Below, piece by piece: positions 15,921 through 25,531 of a stretch of DNA of 27,798 nucleotides. Positions within the stretch are counted from its first letter, which is position 1. Each line of letters opens with the position of its first letter. The DNA comes from Candidatus Micrarchaeota archaeon. GTDB taxonomy: Archaea > B1Sed10-29 > WALL01 > WAMD01. Made by a program: the position numbers and the translations under genes. A model generated the notes under the pieces. The model was not told where the DNA came from. It ran no database searches and worked only from the letters and a program-made list of their open reading frames with translations. Where the stretch lies: NCBI GenBank assembly GCA_964652335.1, contig CAZZDL010000008.1, positions 3,646 to 31,443 on the forward strand, in the 5' to 3' direction.

Positions 15921-17126
15921 ATGGGGGAAAATGATGTCTACAAAGAATTACTGATACGCTCATTCTCAACAGCATTCCCGGAGTACAGCGATTTTGAAAA
16001 GCTACAAACACTCCTTACAGACGACTACAAAAGATTCAAGGAACTTATCAAAATGCCCATAAATGATAATTTCAAGATAGCCGCATTGTTAATGTTGATA
16101 CAAAAGAAAAAGGATACTAATCTTGTCCTTAGCACGTTAAACAGTATGAAACCACAAGGTGCTCTGAGGTTTTTCCAGCTTTGCATAATGGTAAACAAAA
16201 CTGGCAAGACAATTAGAAAACTCTTCAGAGAATACATGAAAGATAAAGATGAAAGATTTGTTATATTGAACAAAAGGAGAATAGCGTACCTATCCAGAAA
16301 GTTTCATCTGAAGAGAGAGCCTAGGAACGAAGATATGTTGACGTTTTTGTTTGAGAAAAAAGCTAAAAAAGGAACTATATACTACGATTACCTAATGGCA
16401 AAAAAAAGTATGAAAAGTCTTAAAAAACTTCCATTTTCAATTGGGATTGGGTTTCTAAATCAGCTATCACTGAAAAAACGAAAAGAATATCTTAAGAGTA
16501 TAGCTAGGAAAATAACTCCAAATGAAGCGGTAAAGTACTTCAAGCTATTCAAAAGAGAGGGAATCGATGTCACGAAAAAGCTTGAAAGTGCGGATCCATT
16601 AAAGGTTTACAAGCTCTACAAGCTTGGACAGGTAAGCATTGATACGTATATGAAGTCAGTAGCCAACTTTGCAAGGAAATTGAACATCCCAAAGGAAATG
16701 AAAAATGCTGTATTAGTCTACGACAACTCAGAGAGCACAAGATTCACAGTCGGCTCAAGGTTCAATGATATCCTCCTCGTGTTGGCAGATACACTCTCAC
16801 ACACAATTCCTGTGTACCTCGGAAATGGGAAGGCATTTGATAGAACCCACAGGAAAACAGAATACAAAACAATACTTGTTCCTGGGTTGTGGAAAGCAGC
16901 TAAAAAAAGCGACATAGTAATAATAGCAACAGATGGATACGAAAACTTCCCCGCGTTCTTGACAGATATTATATTCAACAAGTACAACAATTCGGGGAAG
17001 AAGAAATTCATCCAAATAATGCCCGAAAATGGAAGAAGAATAACAGGCATACCTGCATTTGGGATAAGGAATACAAATCAGATAGAGCCAATCCTAAAAA
17101 TAGCAAAAGAGGTGATCAGAGATTAA
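15921..17126 (+). CDS. Basic helical domain + C-terminal vWA domain protein (TROVE/Ro-like architecture)
   Basis: MIDAS-like AVLVYDNSES (DxSxS), T in YKTIL, and IVIIATDGYEN. Lys/Arg-rich helical N-terminal ~260 aa; GGAGG RBS. Confidence 0.75.
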   Translation: MGENDVYKELLIRSFSTAFPEYSDFEKLQTLLTDDYKRFKELIKMPINDNFKIAALLMLIQKKKDTNLVLSTLNSMKPQGALRFFQLCIMVNKTGKTIRKLFREYMKDKDERFVILNKRRIAYLSRKFHLKREPRNEDMLTFLFEKKAKKGTIYYDYLMAKKSMKSLKKLPFSIGIGFLNQLSLKKRKEYLKSIARKITPNEAVKYFKLFKREGIDVTKKLESADPLKVYKLYKLGQVSIDTYMKSVANFARKLNIPKEMKNAVLVYDNSESTRFTVGSRFNDILLVLADTLSHTIPVYLGNGKAFDRTHRKTEYKTILVPGLWKAAKKSDIVIIATDGYENFPAFLTDIIFNKYNNSGKKKFIQIMPENGRRITGIPAFGIRNTNQIEPILKIAKEVIRD

Positions 17127-17823
17127 AAAAACAATATTAATCAAAGAGTTATTGAGTAATTTTAATATTAGGCTTATTGATCCACAGTTTTATGGAGACT
17201 ACGTTTTTGTGCCAGCAGTATCAGACAAAAGGACGAATCCTGGCAGAAAAAGGATAGTAAAAAGATCCCAGGCGAGAAGCATAATAAGATTTGCTAAACT
17301 AATAAAAAGTATAATCGGTACCTCAACCATGAGAAATAGAAAACACTTCATTGAACAGTTTATGGAACACACAATATCAAGAAAGAAAAAGAATCCCACA
17401 ATGCAAGAGCTATTCAACGGGAGGGACGTCCACCCAAACCAAGCTGGAGGAGTCCTGCTCAAAAAGACAATGAAGCTCTACTACGTTCCATCAGTCATCT
17501 ACATATCAAGTAACCCATCTAGAAATCCATTCAAAAGCTACATACCAAACGAAGAGATAAAATTTGGATTACTAGATGAAACAATTGGAATGTACAGCGA
17601 CATAAACAGTGAACTTAGCAAAGCCAATGACTACGTTAAGGGTTTACTGAGTGAAGCTGAAAATATAAAAAAGCAGATATATGATATGGAGATTGAGGTG
17701 CTTGATCACACATACAAAGGAACTACAATGAAAGCAGATGTGCAATACAAAAAGCATATACACAAGCTCAATGGAATATTCGCAACAGGTCCAAAGGGAA
17801 TGGTGATCTATCTAAAGCATTAA
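17122..17823 (+). CDS. Hypothetical protein, ARPP-like (start either ATT 17122 or TTG 17152)
   Basis: RLIDPQFYGDYVFVP and DVHPNQAGGVLL resemble my recollection of ARPP-family motifs (PQ..G...VP; HP.Q.G). Frame is open from 17116. Confidence 0.55.
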   Translation: MKKTILIKELLSNFNIRLIDPQFYGDYVFVPAVSDKRTNPGRKRIVKRSQARSIIRFAKLIKSIIGTSTMRNRKHFIEQFMEHTISRKKKNPTMQELFNGRDVHPNQAGGVLLKKTMKLYYVPSVIYISSNPSRNPFKSYIPNEEIKFGLLDETIGMYSDINSELSKANDYVKGLLSEAENIKKQIYDMEIEVLDHTYKGTTMKADVQYKKHIHKLNGIFATGPKGMVIYLKH

Positions 17824-17836
17824 TGGAGGGATATCA

Positions 17837-18100
17837 ATGGAAATTGATGCCATATATCAAGAGCATGGGAAGATTTATGTAATTGTTAGTATGGAACCAA
17901 AGGAGGCGAAAAAAAGCAAGATAAATCTGACATCAGACACCATATTCATAAACCAAGACTATTTGGTTCCATTAACAATAAAGAGTGACAAAAGGTCTTT
18001 ATACATAAAGATACCTCCCAAAATGCTTAAGGCTTTTCCAAAAATAATTAACGGGGCTAAATGGACAACAGACGGGAGATATATTATAATAAAACCCTAG
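17837..18100 (+). CDS. Small beta-rich protein; Hsp20-like N-half, AbrB/MazE-like C-half
   Basis: GGAGG RBS. IDAIYQEHGKIYVIV..KINLTSDTIFI, then RSLYIKIPPKMLK..W..DGRYIIIKP. Confidence 0.65.
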   Translation: MEIDAIYQEHGKIYVIVSMEPKEAKKSKINLTSDTIFINQDYLVPLTIKSDKRSLYIKIPPKMLKAFPKIINGAKWTTDGRYIIIKP

Positions 18101-18106
18101 ATTGGC

Positions 18107-18122
18107 AAACCTTACGTAGAAT
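18107..18122. repeat. 16-bp direct repeat, right
   Basis: Identical to 15778-15793; forms part of the inverted repeat CCTTAC-N9-GTAAGG (18110-18130). Confidence 0.93.
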
Positions 18123-18130
18123 GAGTAAGG
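18107..18130 (-). terminator. Possible acs terminator hairpin
   Basis: Minus strand CCTTAC-TCATTCTAC-GTAAGG-TTT, 12 nt after the acs stop. Confidence 0.3.
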
Positions 18131-18141
18131 GGTTGAAGGGG

Positions 18142-20109
18142 TTATCCTTGAATTGCCTTTCTCACGTGGTCAACTGCCTCTGGGTTCGCTAGTGTACTAG
18201 TGTCTCCTGGATTCTCTCCGAGCAATATTGCCCTACATACCCTTCTCATTATCTTACCACTTCTAGTCTTTGGTAGGTCGTCAACAAAGAAAATCTCATC
18301 TGGTCTTGCTATCTTTCCTATTTCATTGCCCACATGCTCTCTCAATGCCTTCTTTAGATCGTCACTTGGCTCAACTCCCTTCTTTAGCACTACGAACGCA
18401 ACTATTGCCTCTCCTTTTACCTCGTGTGGTTTACCTACCACTGCAGCCTCACTAACCGCTTCATGAGTAACCAATGCTGATTCCACTTCTGCATTTCCTA
18501 TCCTGTGTCCAGAGACATTCAAGACGTCATCTAGCCTTCCTTGGATCCAGAAGTAACCGTCTTCGTCTATTCTAGCCGCGTCACCAGCAAAGTACACGCC
18601 TTCATATTTGCTCCAGTATGTATTGATATACTTCTCTTCGTTTCTCCAGAGGCCTTGAAGCATGGCTGGCCATGGTTTCTTTATAACTAGCTTTCCTCCC
18701 TTGTTCTTGCCATAGAGCGAATTGCCCTCTTCGTCAAAGACATCTGCCTCAACACCAGGGAATGGCTTTGTGGCGGAACCAGGCTTTAATGGTGTTATTG
18801 GCAATGGAGTAATCATGTGCATTCCTGTCTCTGTCTGCCACCAAGTATCCATTATCGGACACTTCTCTTTACCTATGTGTGTGTAGTACCAAACCCACGC
18901 CTCTGGGTTTATTGGTTCACCCACAGAACCTAGGAGCCTTAGACTGCTTAGATCCCTAGCATTTATCGGGTCTTCCCCTAGCCTCATGAACATTCTTATG
19001 GCTGTTGGGGCAGTGTAGAAAACTGTAACTTTGTACTTCTCAACTATCTCCCACCATCTGTCCTGCCTTGGATACAAAGGGCCACCTTCATACATGATGG
19101 AAGTGGTTCCTAGAATTAGTGGTGCGTAGACTATATAGCTGTGTCCAGTTATCCAACCTATATCTGCTGTACACCAGAATACATCGTCATCCTTTATGTC
19201 AAAAACAAATTTTAGAGTTGCCGCGGTCCCAACTGCATATCCTACGTGATCATGCATCACTCCCTTTGGCTTCCCTGTTGTTCCTGATGTGTAAAGGATG
19301 AATAATGTATCTGTTCCGTCTAGTTTCTCTGTCTCACATTCAGCTGGCTGGTTGGCAATTATTTCGTGCCACCATACATCTCTTCCCTCTTTTATGTTTA
19401 TTTCCTTGTTCGCTCTGTTGAATACAATAACTTTCTCAATTGAGGGTGCCTCGTCTAATACCTTGTCTGCTCTGTCCTTCATTGGGATTATCTTTCCGTT
19501 TCTGTAGAACCCGTCCACTGTTATCAATATCTTTGCCTCTGCATCGTTTATCCTATCAAGTAAAGCTCTCTCACTAAAACCAGAGAAAACCACAGAATGG
19601 ATTGCTCCTATCTTTGCACAAGCAAGCATGGCAATTGGAAGCTCAACTATCATTGGCATCCAGATAGCAACTCTATCTCCTTTCTTCACTCCCATAGCCT
19701 TCAATGCGTTTGCAAGCTTATTTACCTCTTCATACAACTGCTTGTATGTTACTTTCTTCACTTCTCCCTCTGGCTCGCCTATCCAGATGTAAGCTATCTT
19801 GTCTGGGTTATTTTTGGCGTGTTTGTCCAATGCATCATGAACAATGTTGTATTTTGATCCAACGAACCATTTTGCATATGGTGGATTCCACTCTAGTGTT
19901 TTCTGAGGTGGTTCGTAGAATTCTATGCCAGCTTCTTTGACCATCTCATTCCAGAACCATTCAATGTCCTTTGCCTTTTCCAACAGTTCGTCATAGCTCT
20001 TAATGCCATGCTTGTCCATGAACTTCTTAACGTTAGAATTGTTGACCAGATCCTCTGGTGGGTTGAAAATTCGCCCTTCTTTGAGTAAGCTCTCTATTGC
20101 CTCAGCCAT
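18142..20109 (-). CDS. acs: Acetyl-CoA synthetase (AMP-forming)
   Basis: [39 protein letters not shown] and [21 protein letters not shown]. Confidence 0.97.
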   Translation of the reverse strand: MAEAIESLLKEGRIFNPPEDLVNNSNVKKFMDKHGIKSYDELLEKAKDIEWFWNEMVKEAGIEFYEPPQKTLEWNPPYAKWFVGSKYNIVHDALDKHAKNNPDKIAYIWIGEPEGEVKKVTYKQLYEEVNKLANALKAMGVKKGDRVAIWMPMIVELPIAMLACAKIGAIHSVVFSGFSERALLDRINDAEAKILITVDGFYRNGKIIPMKDRADKVLDEAPSIEKVIVFNRANKEINIKEGRDVWWHEIIANQPAECETEKLDGTDTLFILYTSGTTGKPKGVMHDHVGYAVGTAATLKFVFDIKDDDVFWCTADIGWITGHSYIVYAPLILGTTSIMYEGGPLYPRQDRWWEIVEKYKVTVFYTAPTAIRMFMRLGEDPINARDLSSLRLLGSVGEPINPEAWVWYYTHIGKEKCPIMDTWWQTETGMHMITPLPITPLKPGSATKPFPGVEADVFDEEGNSLYGKNKGGKLVIKKPWPAMLQGLWRNEEKYINTYWSKYEGVYFAGDAARIDEDGYFWIQGRLDDVLNVSGHRIGNAEVESALVTHEAVSEAAVVGKPHEVKGEAIVAFVVLKKGVEPSDDLKKALREHVGNEIGKIARPDEIFFVDDLPKTRSGKIMRRVCRAILLGENPGDTSTLANPEAVDHVRKAIQG

Positions 20110-20232
20110 TTAGAAACACCTCACTATAATATTTTTACGACGACTGCCCGAATATCCAATGGAAGTAATTTTAGTATAATCAATATTTAAACGTTTGTCT
20201 AATACTTGATGAAAATAGATTAGACCAGTGAC

Positions 20233-22083
20233 TTATCTAAATCCTCCCCCGCCTCCTCCAAATCCACCACCAAATCCTCCGCCTCCAGACCAACTACCAC
20301 TGCTGCTAGAGGATGTCAAAGAGGCATATCTAGATTGAGATGCAGAGTATATGACCCATGGATAAATGTAATATGACCTTCTAGTGTCGTAATCAATATT
20401 TGGCAACCTAATGTTCATCTCCCTCATTGCCCTTAGTACGTTATCTGCTTTTCCTAACGCTGTGGCGTACACTAGCCATTTGCCCCACATAAGAATATCC
20501 TCTGGGGCGTATTTCTTAATCATACCATAATCCCCAAGAAGCCTGCCGAATGCCCTCCACAGCAGGACCTCTTTGTATATCTCCTTCTTGTACCTGCCAA
20601 ATGTGAAAGCATCCAAAAACAAAATTGCAAAGAACCCAAATATTGACATAAACATTATTGCCCTTTGTAAGGAAGCTGGGAGAAGGTTGGCAAGAGGGAT
20701 TGAAATTAGGGAAGGAGCTATAGCAATAAACAATGCAGCAAAGTGGCCAAGATTAGAATAGGCATCCCTCAGCGTTGGCTTAGTAAGATCATCTATCCTC
20801 TTTTTAATTTCCTTTAGCCAGCTAGTATCTGCTGACCTGGATATTTTCCCGTTGACAGACTTCATATCCAATTTGCCATCATCTGTCAACCATTTGTAAA
20901 ATTCATAAACCTTCTTCTCATAATCATCTAGCTGGTCACTCCCTTCCATGAAATCTATCTTATTCCCACTTATCTTTACCCATCCCCTTCTAGCAAGATC
21001 TAAGAGAGTAGCTGTTATCCCTTCGTGCTCAATCTTAGTAGGATCTTCAAATACCAACTCTGTAACCTGATACGGTTTCCTGTCTGTAGGTGGATAATGT
21101 AAAACATCTGGGATATTTGGGACAACCGGGTCTTTTCCAAGCAATAGATAAACTATGTATATGGCGATGGCAGTCAAACCAAAAACAAGGAGGTAAACTA
21201 CAATGTCATATTCATACAACAAGCCAGCTAAATTAGTCGTCCATTCATTTGAGTAAATCTCTGAATCTGGCTTTCCTGTATCCACCCAGTATTCGGATAC
21301 CTGGGTCCTAGGAACAATTGCCTTGACTTCTAGAAGGGTTCCTGGTGGAAGATCCCTTTTCAATTTCAATGGTGGATAAGTCCAAACCTTTTCTGCGCCT
21401 GAAACAGTTACATTTGCTTTCTCTATGTATAATCCAAAATCTGTTAAAAAATTCCAATCAAACAAACATTTAGTCTCATAGCAAGCATACGGCTTTGGGA
21501 TGTTATAAAAGAAAGTAACTGAATACTTGCCGGGTTTCACGTACTCGTCGCTCCTGCATGCAAGCTCCTTTCTATCAGCCTTGTCGTATACAATGAAATC
21601 AAACCATGGCGGGCAATCAGCACTCGCATTGTACATGCCTGCAAGTGGTCCATTCTTGTAATAGCTTCTATAAAACTCGTGTCCCCTGGCACCAGGAGAA
21701 ACAGAATAAACAAGCGTCTCAGCCACTGATGCATGGTCGGATGTAAGGTTTATTGCTAGTGAATAATCTGTTACATAGACACTTCCCTTTCCCACCACAA
21801 CAAAACCCAAAAGACCTCCAACAAGCATGAGCGAGAAAATCAACAATAAGGTTTGTTTCTCAGACAATCCTGTGCGATACTTTACAGTCCCGAATATCCT
21901 AAACAATCCAGACAGTCTGAAAAACAATCCAATCCATGGTAAGATTACTAAGAATAATACAAAGAGATATGCAGGATTCCTCGTAGTGGGGCTTATGAAA
22001 ATGGCAAAAAACCCTCCGACTAGAAACACTAGAAAAACTGAAGCCAATGTGTACTTGAAATTCATAAGAAGATAATTCTTCAC
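20233..22083 (-). CDS. DUF2207-family membrane protein
   Basis: Multiple TM helices, ATLLDLARRG, W.KWLVYATALG and a Gly/Ser-rich tail SGGGGFGGGFGGGGGG. Start codon uncertain. Confidence 0.85.
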   Translation of the reverse strand: MKNYLLMNFKYTLASVFLVFLVGGFFAIFISPTTRNPAYLFVLFLVILPWIGLFFRLSGLFRIFGTVKYRTGLSEKQTLLLIFSLMLVGGLLGFVVVGKGSVYVTDYSLAINLTSDHASVAETLVYSVSPGARGHEFYRSYYKNGPLAGMYNASADCPPWFDFIVYDKADRKELACRSDEYVKPGKYSVTFFYNIPKPYACYETKCLFDWNFLTDFGLYIEKANVTVSGAEKVWTYPPLKLKRDLPPGTLLEVKAIVPRTQVSEYWVDTGKPDSEIYSNEWTTNLAGLLYEYDIVVYLLVFGLTAIAIYIVYLLLGKDPVVPNIPDVLHYPPTDRKPYQVTELVFEDPTKIEHEGITATLLDLARRGWVKISGNKIDFMEGSDQLDDYEKKVYEFYKWLTDDGKLDMKSVNGKISRSADTSWLKEIKKRIDDLTKPTLRDAYSNLGHFAALFIAIAPSLISIPLANLLPASLQRAIMFMSIFGFFAILFLDAFTFGRYKKEIYKEVLLWRAFGRLLGDYGMIKKYAPEDILMWGKWLVYATALGKADNVLRAMREMNIRLPNIDYDTRRSYYIYPWVIYSASQSRYASLTSSSSSGSWSGGGGFGGGFGGGGGGFR

Positions 22084-22161
22084 GGATTAAAAAGGTTTAG
22101 CTAGCCGTAGAGAAAACAAAACCAGGAAATCATTTTAAACCTGTCCTTCTTTTTCTAGATC

Positions 22162-23619
22162 ATGGCATGGAAAACGAAGTATAAAGGAAAACGAGCCTGG
22201 AACCTATTCATTGGTGGAAAATGGATAAAACCCAAAGCATATATGCCTGTCTACTCGCCTGTTTTGGATAGCACATATGCATATGCACCGAAAGCAAACG
22301 AAAAGGAAGCTAGCCTTGCTTTAAAATCTGCAAGCAAAGCGAAAGGAAAAATAGCAAAAATGCCAGCTCACAAAAGGGCAGAAATTCTAGAGGAAGCTGG
22401 AGACAGGCTAAAGACATATGAGAAAGAGCTGGTGGAGATACTAGCCTATGAAGCTGGGAAACCAATCAAGCAGGGGAAAGGAGAGATAAAAGCTAGCGCA
22501 CTGAGGCTGAAGTATGCGGCTCAAGAATGTGAGGAGATATTTGGAGAGACAATAACAGGAGATTTCTCACCCTTCAAGGAAGACAAGATTGCTTTAGTGA
22601 TAAGGCAACCCATTGGAGTAATCCTAGCAATAACTCCATTCAATTATCCATTGTTTACTGCTGTATCAAAGGTAGCTCCTGCCATTGCCAGTGGGAATTC
22701 TGTAATCCTCAAGCCAGCCACAGACACACCTATTTCAGCATTTTACCTGGCAAAGGTCTTTGAGGAATCTGGCTTGCCCCCTGGAGTCCTAAATGTGGTC
22801 TCTGGAAAAGGTTCAGAAATAGGTGATCTCTTAGTGAAAAGCGATCTTGTGAATGGAATCAGCTTTACTGGTTCTACATCTGTAGGCAAACGAATAGCTA
22901 GTATTGCTGGGATGAAGAAATTGCACTTGGAATTAGGAGGAAAAGCTCCGGCCATAGTTCTAGCAGATGCAGATCTAGACCTAGCAGCAAAGGAGATAGT
23001 CACCGGAGCATTAAAGTTCTCTGGTCAAAGATGCGATGCAATAAGCAGAGTTTTAGTTGAGTCAGAAATCGCAGATGAACTAGTTGAAAGAATACTCATT
23101 GAAGCAAGAAGATGGAGGGTAGGAAGCCCTTGGAAAGCTGATTTAGGACCATTAATCAATCCAAGGGCAGTGGAAAAAGTAGATTCCCTAGTAAAGGATG
23201 CAATAGATAAAGGGGCAAAACTGCTAATGGGAGGAAAATCAAAGGGTAACTATTACTGGCCCACTGTTCTAGATTCTGTGCCTTTAAATGCTAGAATAGC
23301 ATGGGAAGAGACGTTTGGTCCAGTAATCCCAATAATAAGGGTTGGGAATTGGAAAGAGGCGTTGAAGATAGCTAACAAGTCTGAGTACGGCCTGGATGCA
23401 GCGGTGTTCACAAAAGATATAAACAAGGCTCTAGAAATTGCTTTAACCCTGGAAGACGGAGAAGTGACAATAAATGCCCATCCAGCTCATGGCCTGGGCA
23501 TATTCCCGTTCGGAGGTGTGAAGGGCTCAGGTATGGGAAGGGAAGGGATAAGATATTCTATCTTAGAAATGACAGAAGTGAAAAGCATTGTCATAAAGAG
23601 GGATAAGAATGCCATCTAG
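22162..23619 (+). CDS. gapN: Non-phosphorylating glyceraldehyde-3-phosphate dehydrogenase (ALDH family)
   Basis: ITPFNYPL, FTGST, LELGGKAP, FSGQRCDAISR, EETFGP and PAHGLGIFPFGG; overlaps tpiA. Confidence 0.85.
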   Translation: MAWKTKYKGKRAWNLFIGGKWIKPKAYMPVYSPVLDSTYAYAPKANEKEASLALKSASKAKGKIAKMPAHKRAEILEEAGDRLKTYEKELVEILAYEAGKPIKQGKGEIKASALRLKYAAQECEEIFGETITGDFSPFKEDKIALVIRQPIGVILAITPFNYPLFTAVSKVAPAIASGNSVILKPATDTPISAFYLAKVFEESGLPPGVLNVVSGKGSEIGDLLVKSDLVNGISFTGSTSVGKRIASIAGMKKLHLELGGKAPAIVLADADLDLAAKEIVTGALKFSGQRCDAISRVLVESEIADELVERILIEARRWRVGSPWKADLGPLINPRAVEKVDSLVKDAIDKGAKLLMGGKSKGNYYWPTVLDSVPLNARIAWEETFGPVIPIIRVGNWKEALKIANKSEYGLDAAVFTKDINKALEIALTLEDGEVTINAHPAHGLGIFPFGGVKGSGMGREGIRYSILEMTEVKSIVIKRDKNAI

Positions 23620-24295
23620 TCCGTTCCCAAGGGTAATAGTAAATTACAAGGCGTATGAGACAGGCATAGCTGAAGCTGGATTAAAGCTGGCTTTCATAAT
23701 GGAAAAATATGGAAAGGAATTCTTTGGAATAGCTCCTCAGATGCAAGACTTGACATTCATTGCTAGGCAGACAAGCATTCCTGTCTTTTCACAGCATGCA
23801 GATCCATTGGACGAGGACAAGGCTACAGGCTGGGTTTTGCCTAGAAGCCTTGCAAAGGCTGGCGTTTTCGGTGTAATCCTAAACCACAGCGAAAGGCCAT
23901 TACCAACAGGAAGAATTGAAGAGACAATTGCGTTGGCCAGAAAATACGGATTATCTAGTCTAGTGTGTGCAAACAGTCCTAGAAGGGCCAGGGAGATTGC
24001 CAAGCTGTCTCCAGATGCCATAGCTGTTGAACCTCCAGAGTTAATAGGGACCAAGACTAGTGTTAGCGAGGCTGAGCCAGAAGTAATTGAGAAAGCAGTG
24101 AAGAATGTGCATGACGTAAACCCAGATATTTTGGTCTTTGTTGGAGCAGGGATCCACTCAAGCAGGGACGTCTCAAAGGCATTAGAGCTTGGTGCCTATG
24201 GTGTATTACTAGCCTCTGGTGTAATGAAGGCTAGGGATGTTGAAGGCGAGATAAAGGCATTAGTTAAAGGTGTAAAGGATGGATTATCCAAGTAG
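23609..24295 (+). CDS. tpiA: Triosephosphate isomerase, archaeal type
   Basis: VNYKAY, LNHSER, AVEPPELIG, GAGI and GVLLASGV. Confidence 0.95.
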   Translation: MPSSPFPRVIVNYKAYETGIAEAGLKLAFIMEKYGKEFFGIAPQMQDLTFIARQTSIPVFSQHADPLDEDKATGWVLPRSLAKAGVFGVILNHSERPLPTGRIEETIALARKYGLSSLVCANSPRRAREIAKLSPDAIAVEPPELIGTKTSVSEAEPEVIEKAVKNVHDVNPDILVFVGAGIHSSRDVSKALELGAYGVLLASGVMKARDVEGEIKALVKGVKDGLSK

Positions 24296-24430
24296 AGAAA
24301 TATACGCTAGTCAGTCTTGGAATGAATCCAAAAGAAATATGGAATGAACTTTAGTCCCTTGGCAATGATTAGCCTTATCCTCTTACTAGCATAAGAGACT
24401 AGTTTTTTAAACGCTTGTTGCATTAGTGAC

Positions 24431-25531
24431 ATGGGGGTAAAAATGATAACTCTAAGTGTTATTAAAGCTGATATTGGTGGATGGCCAGGTCATTCACGAG
24501 TCCACCCAGAATGCATAAACGTAGCAGAGAAAAACTTGGAGAAGGCAAAACGGAAAAAACTGCTCGTGGATTATTCAGTTCTGTTCTGTGGGGATGATCT
24601 CCAGCTGATAATGACTCACAAGAAGGGTGTTGATTCCAAAGCTATTCACAAATTAGCTTGGGACACTTTTGAGCTGGCAGCAAAAAAAGCAAAGGAACTC
24701 AAACTCTACGGAGCTGGCCAAGACCTTTTGACATCTGCGTTCTCTGGTAATGTTAGAGGCATGGGTCCAGGAGTTGCAGAGATGGAATTTGAGGAAAGAA
24801 AGTCTGAGCCTGTAGTAGTATTCATGGCAGACAAAACAGAGGCAGGGGCATGGAACTTGCCATTATTCAGAATGTTTGCAGATCCATTCAACACAGCCGG
24901 ATTAGTGATAGATCCTTCAATGCACAAAGGATTCATATTTGAAGTCCATGATGTAATAAAGCATAGAAAAGTAAAGTTCAAAACCCCTGAAGAGGTTTAC
25001 GATCTGTTAGCCTTCATCGGAGCACCAAGTAGATATGTAATAAAGAGAGTGTACAGAAAAGATGGAGAGATAGCCGCAGTAACATCCACAGAAAAGCTGA
25101 ATTTCTTGGCAGGAAAATACGTAGGTAAAGACGACCCTGTCATGGTAGTAAGGGCCCAGCATGGCCTTCCAGCTCTAGGGGAAGTCCTAGAGCCCTTCGC
25201 GTTCCCTCACTCAGTGTCCGGATGGATGAGGGGTTCCCATCACGGCCCATTAATGCCTGTGGCATTTGAAGATGCCCATCCAACTAGGTTTGACGGTCCT
25301 CCAAGGGTAATTGCAGCTGGATTCCAGCTAGCTAAAGGAAAACTAATAGGGCCTGTGGACTTGTTCAAGGATCCAGCCTTTGATGAAGCTAGAAGACTGG
25401 CGAACAAAATCGCTGACTACTACAGAAGACATGGCCCATTTGAACCTCATAGGCTACCTCTAGACGAAATGGAATATACCACCTTGCCAAGCGTTGAGAA
25501 AAAGCTTGAGAAGAGGTTTGAAAGACTATGA
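24431..25531 (+). CDS. fbp: Bifunctional fructose-1,6-bisphosphate aldolase/phosphatase (class V)
   Basis: KADIGGWPGH, GDD, YGAGQDLL, DKTE, DPFNTAGL, YVGKDDP (Schiff-base Lys) and GWMRGSH. Start may be 24443. Confidence 0.97.
   Translation: MGVKMITLSVIKADIGGWPGHSRVHPECINVAEKNLEKAKRKKLLVDYSVLFCGDDLQLIMTHKKGVDSKAIHKLAWDTFELAAKKAKELKLYGAGQDLLTSAFSGNVRGMGPGVAEMEFEERKSEPVVVFMADKTEAGAWNLPLFRMFADPFNTAGLVIDPSMHKGFIFEVHDVIKHRKVKFKTPEEVYDLLAFIGAPSRYVIKRVYRKDGEIAAVTSTEKLNFLAGKYVGKDDPVMVVRAQHGLPALGEVLEPFAFPHSVSGWMRGSHHGPLMPVAFEDAHPTRFDGPPRVIAAGFQLAKGKLIGPVDLFKDPAFDEARRLANKIADYYRRHGPFEPHRLPLDEMEYTTLPSVEKKLEKRFERL

Larger units (their letters stand above)
15778..18122. mobile_element. Non-autonomous inserted cassette (3 genes plus structured leader) bounded by 16-bp direct repeats
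   Basis: AAACCTTACGTAGAAT at 15778-15793 and 18107-18122. Genes are on the opposite strand to both flanking housekeeping genes and look more A-rich by eye. No recombinase inside. Confidence 0.65.

Noticed and set aside
15823..16011. 62-aa minus-strand ORF across the structured leader
   Set aside because: Overlaps the vWA gene antisense and has no RBS; the GC content is better explained by RNA structure.
20240..20310. CCT/CCA-rich short repeats
   Set aside because: They encode the ordinary Gly/Ser tail of DUF2207 proteins.
22084..24430. TrmB-type (TATCAC-N5-GTGATA) operator upstream of sugar genes
   Set aside because: Looked upstream of gapN, fbp, pgi and acs; not found.
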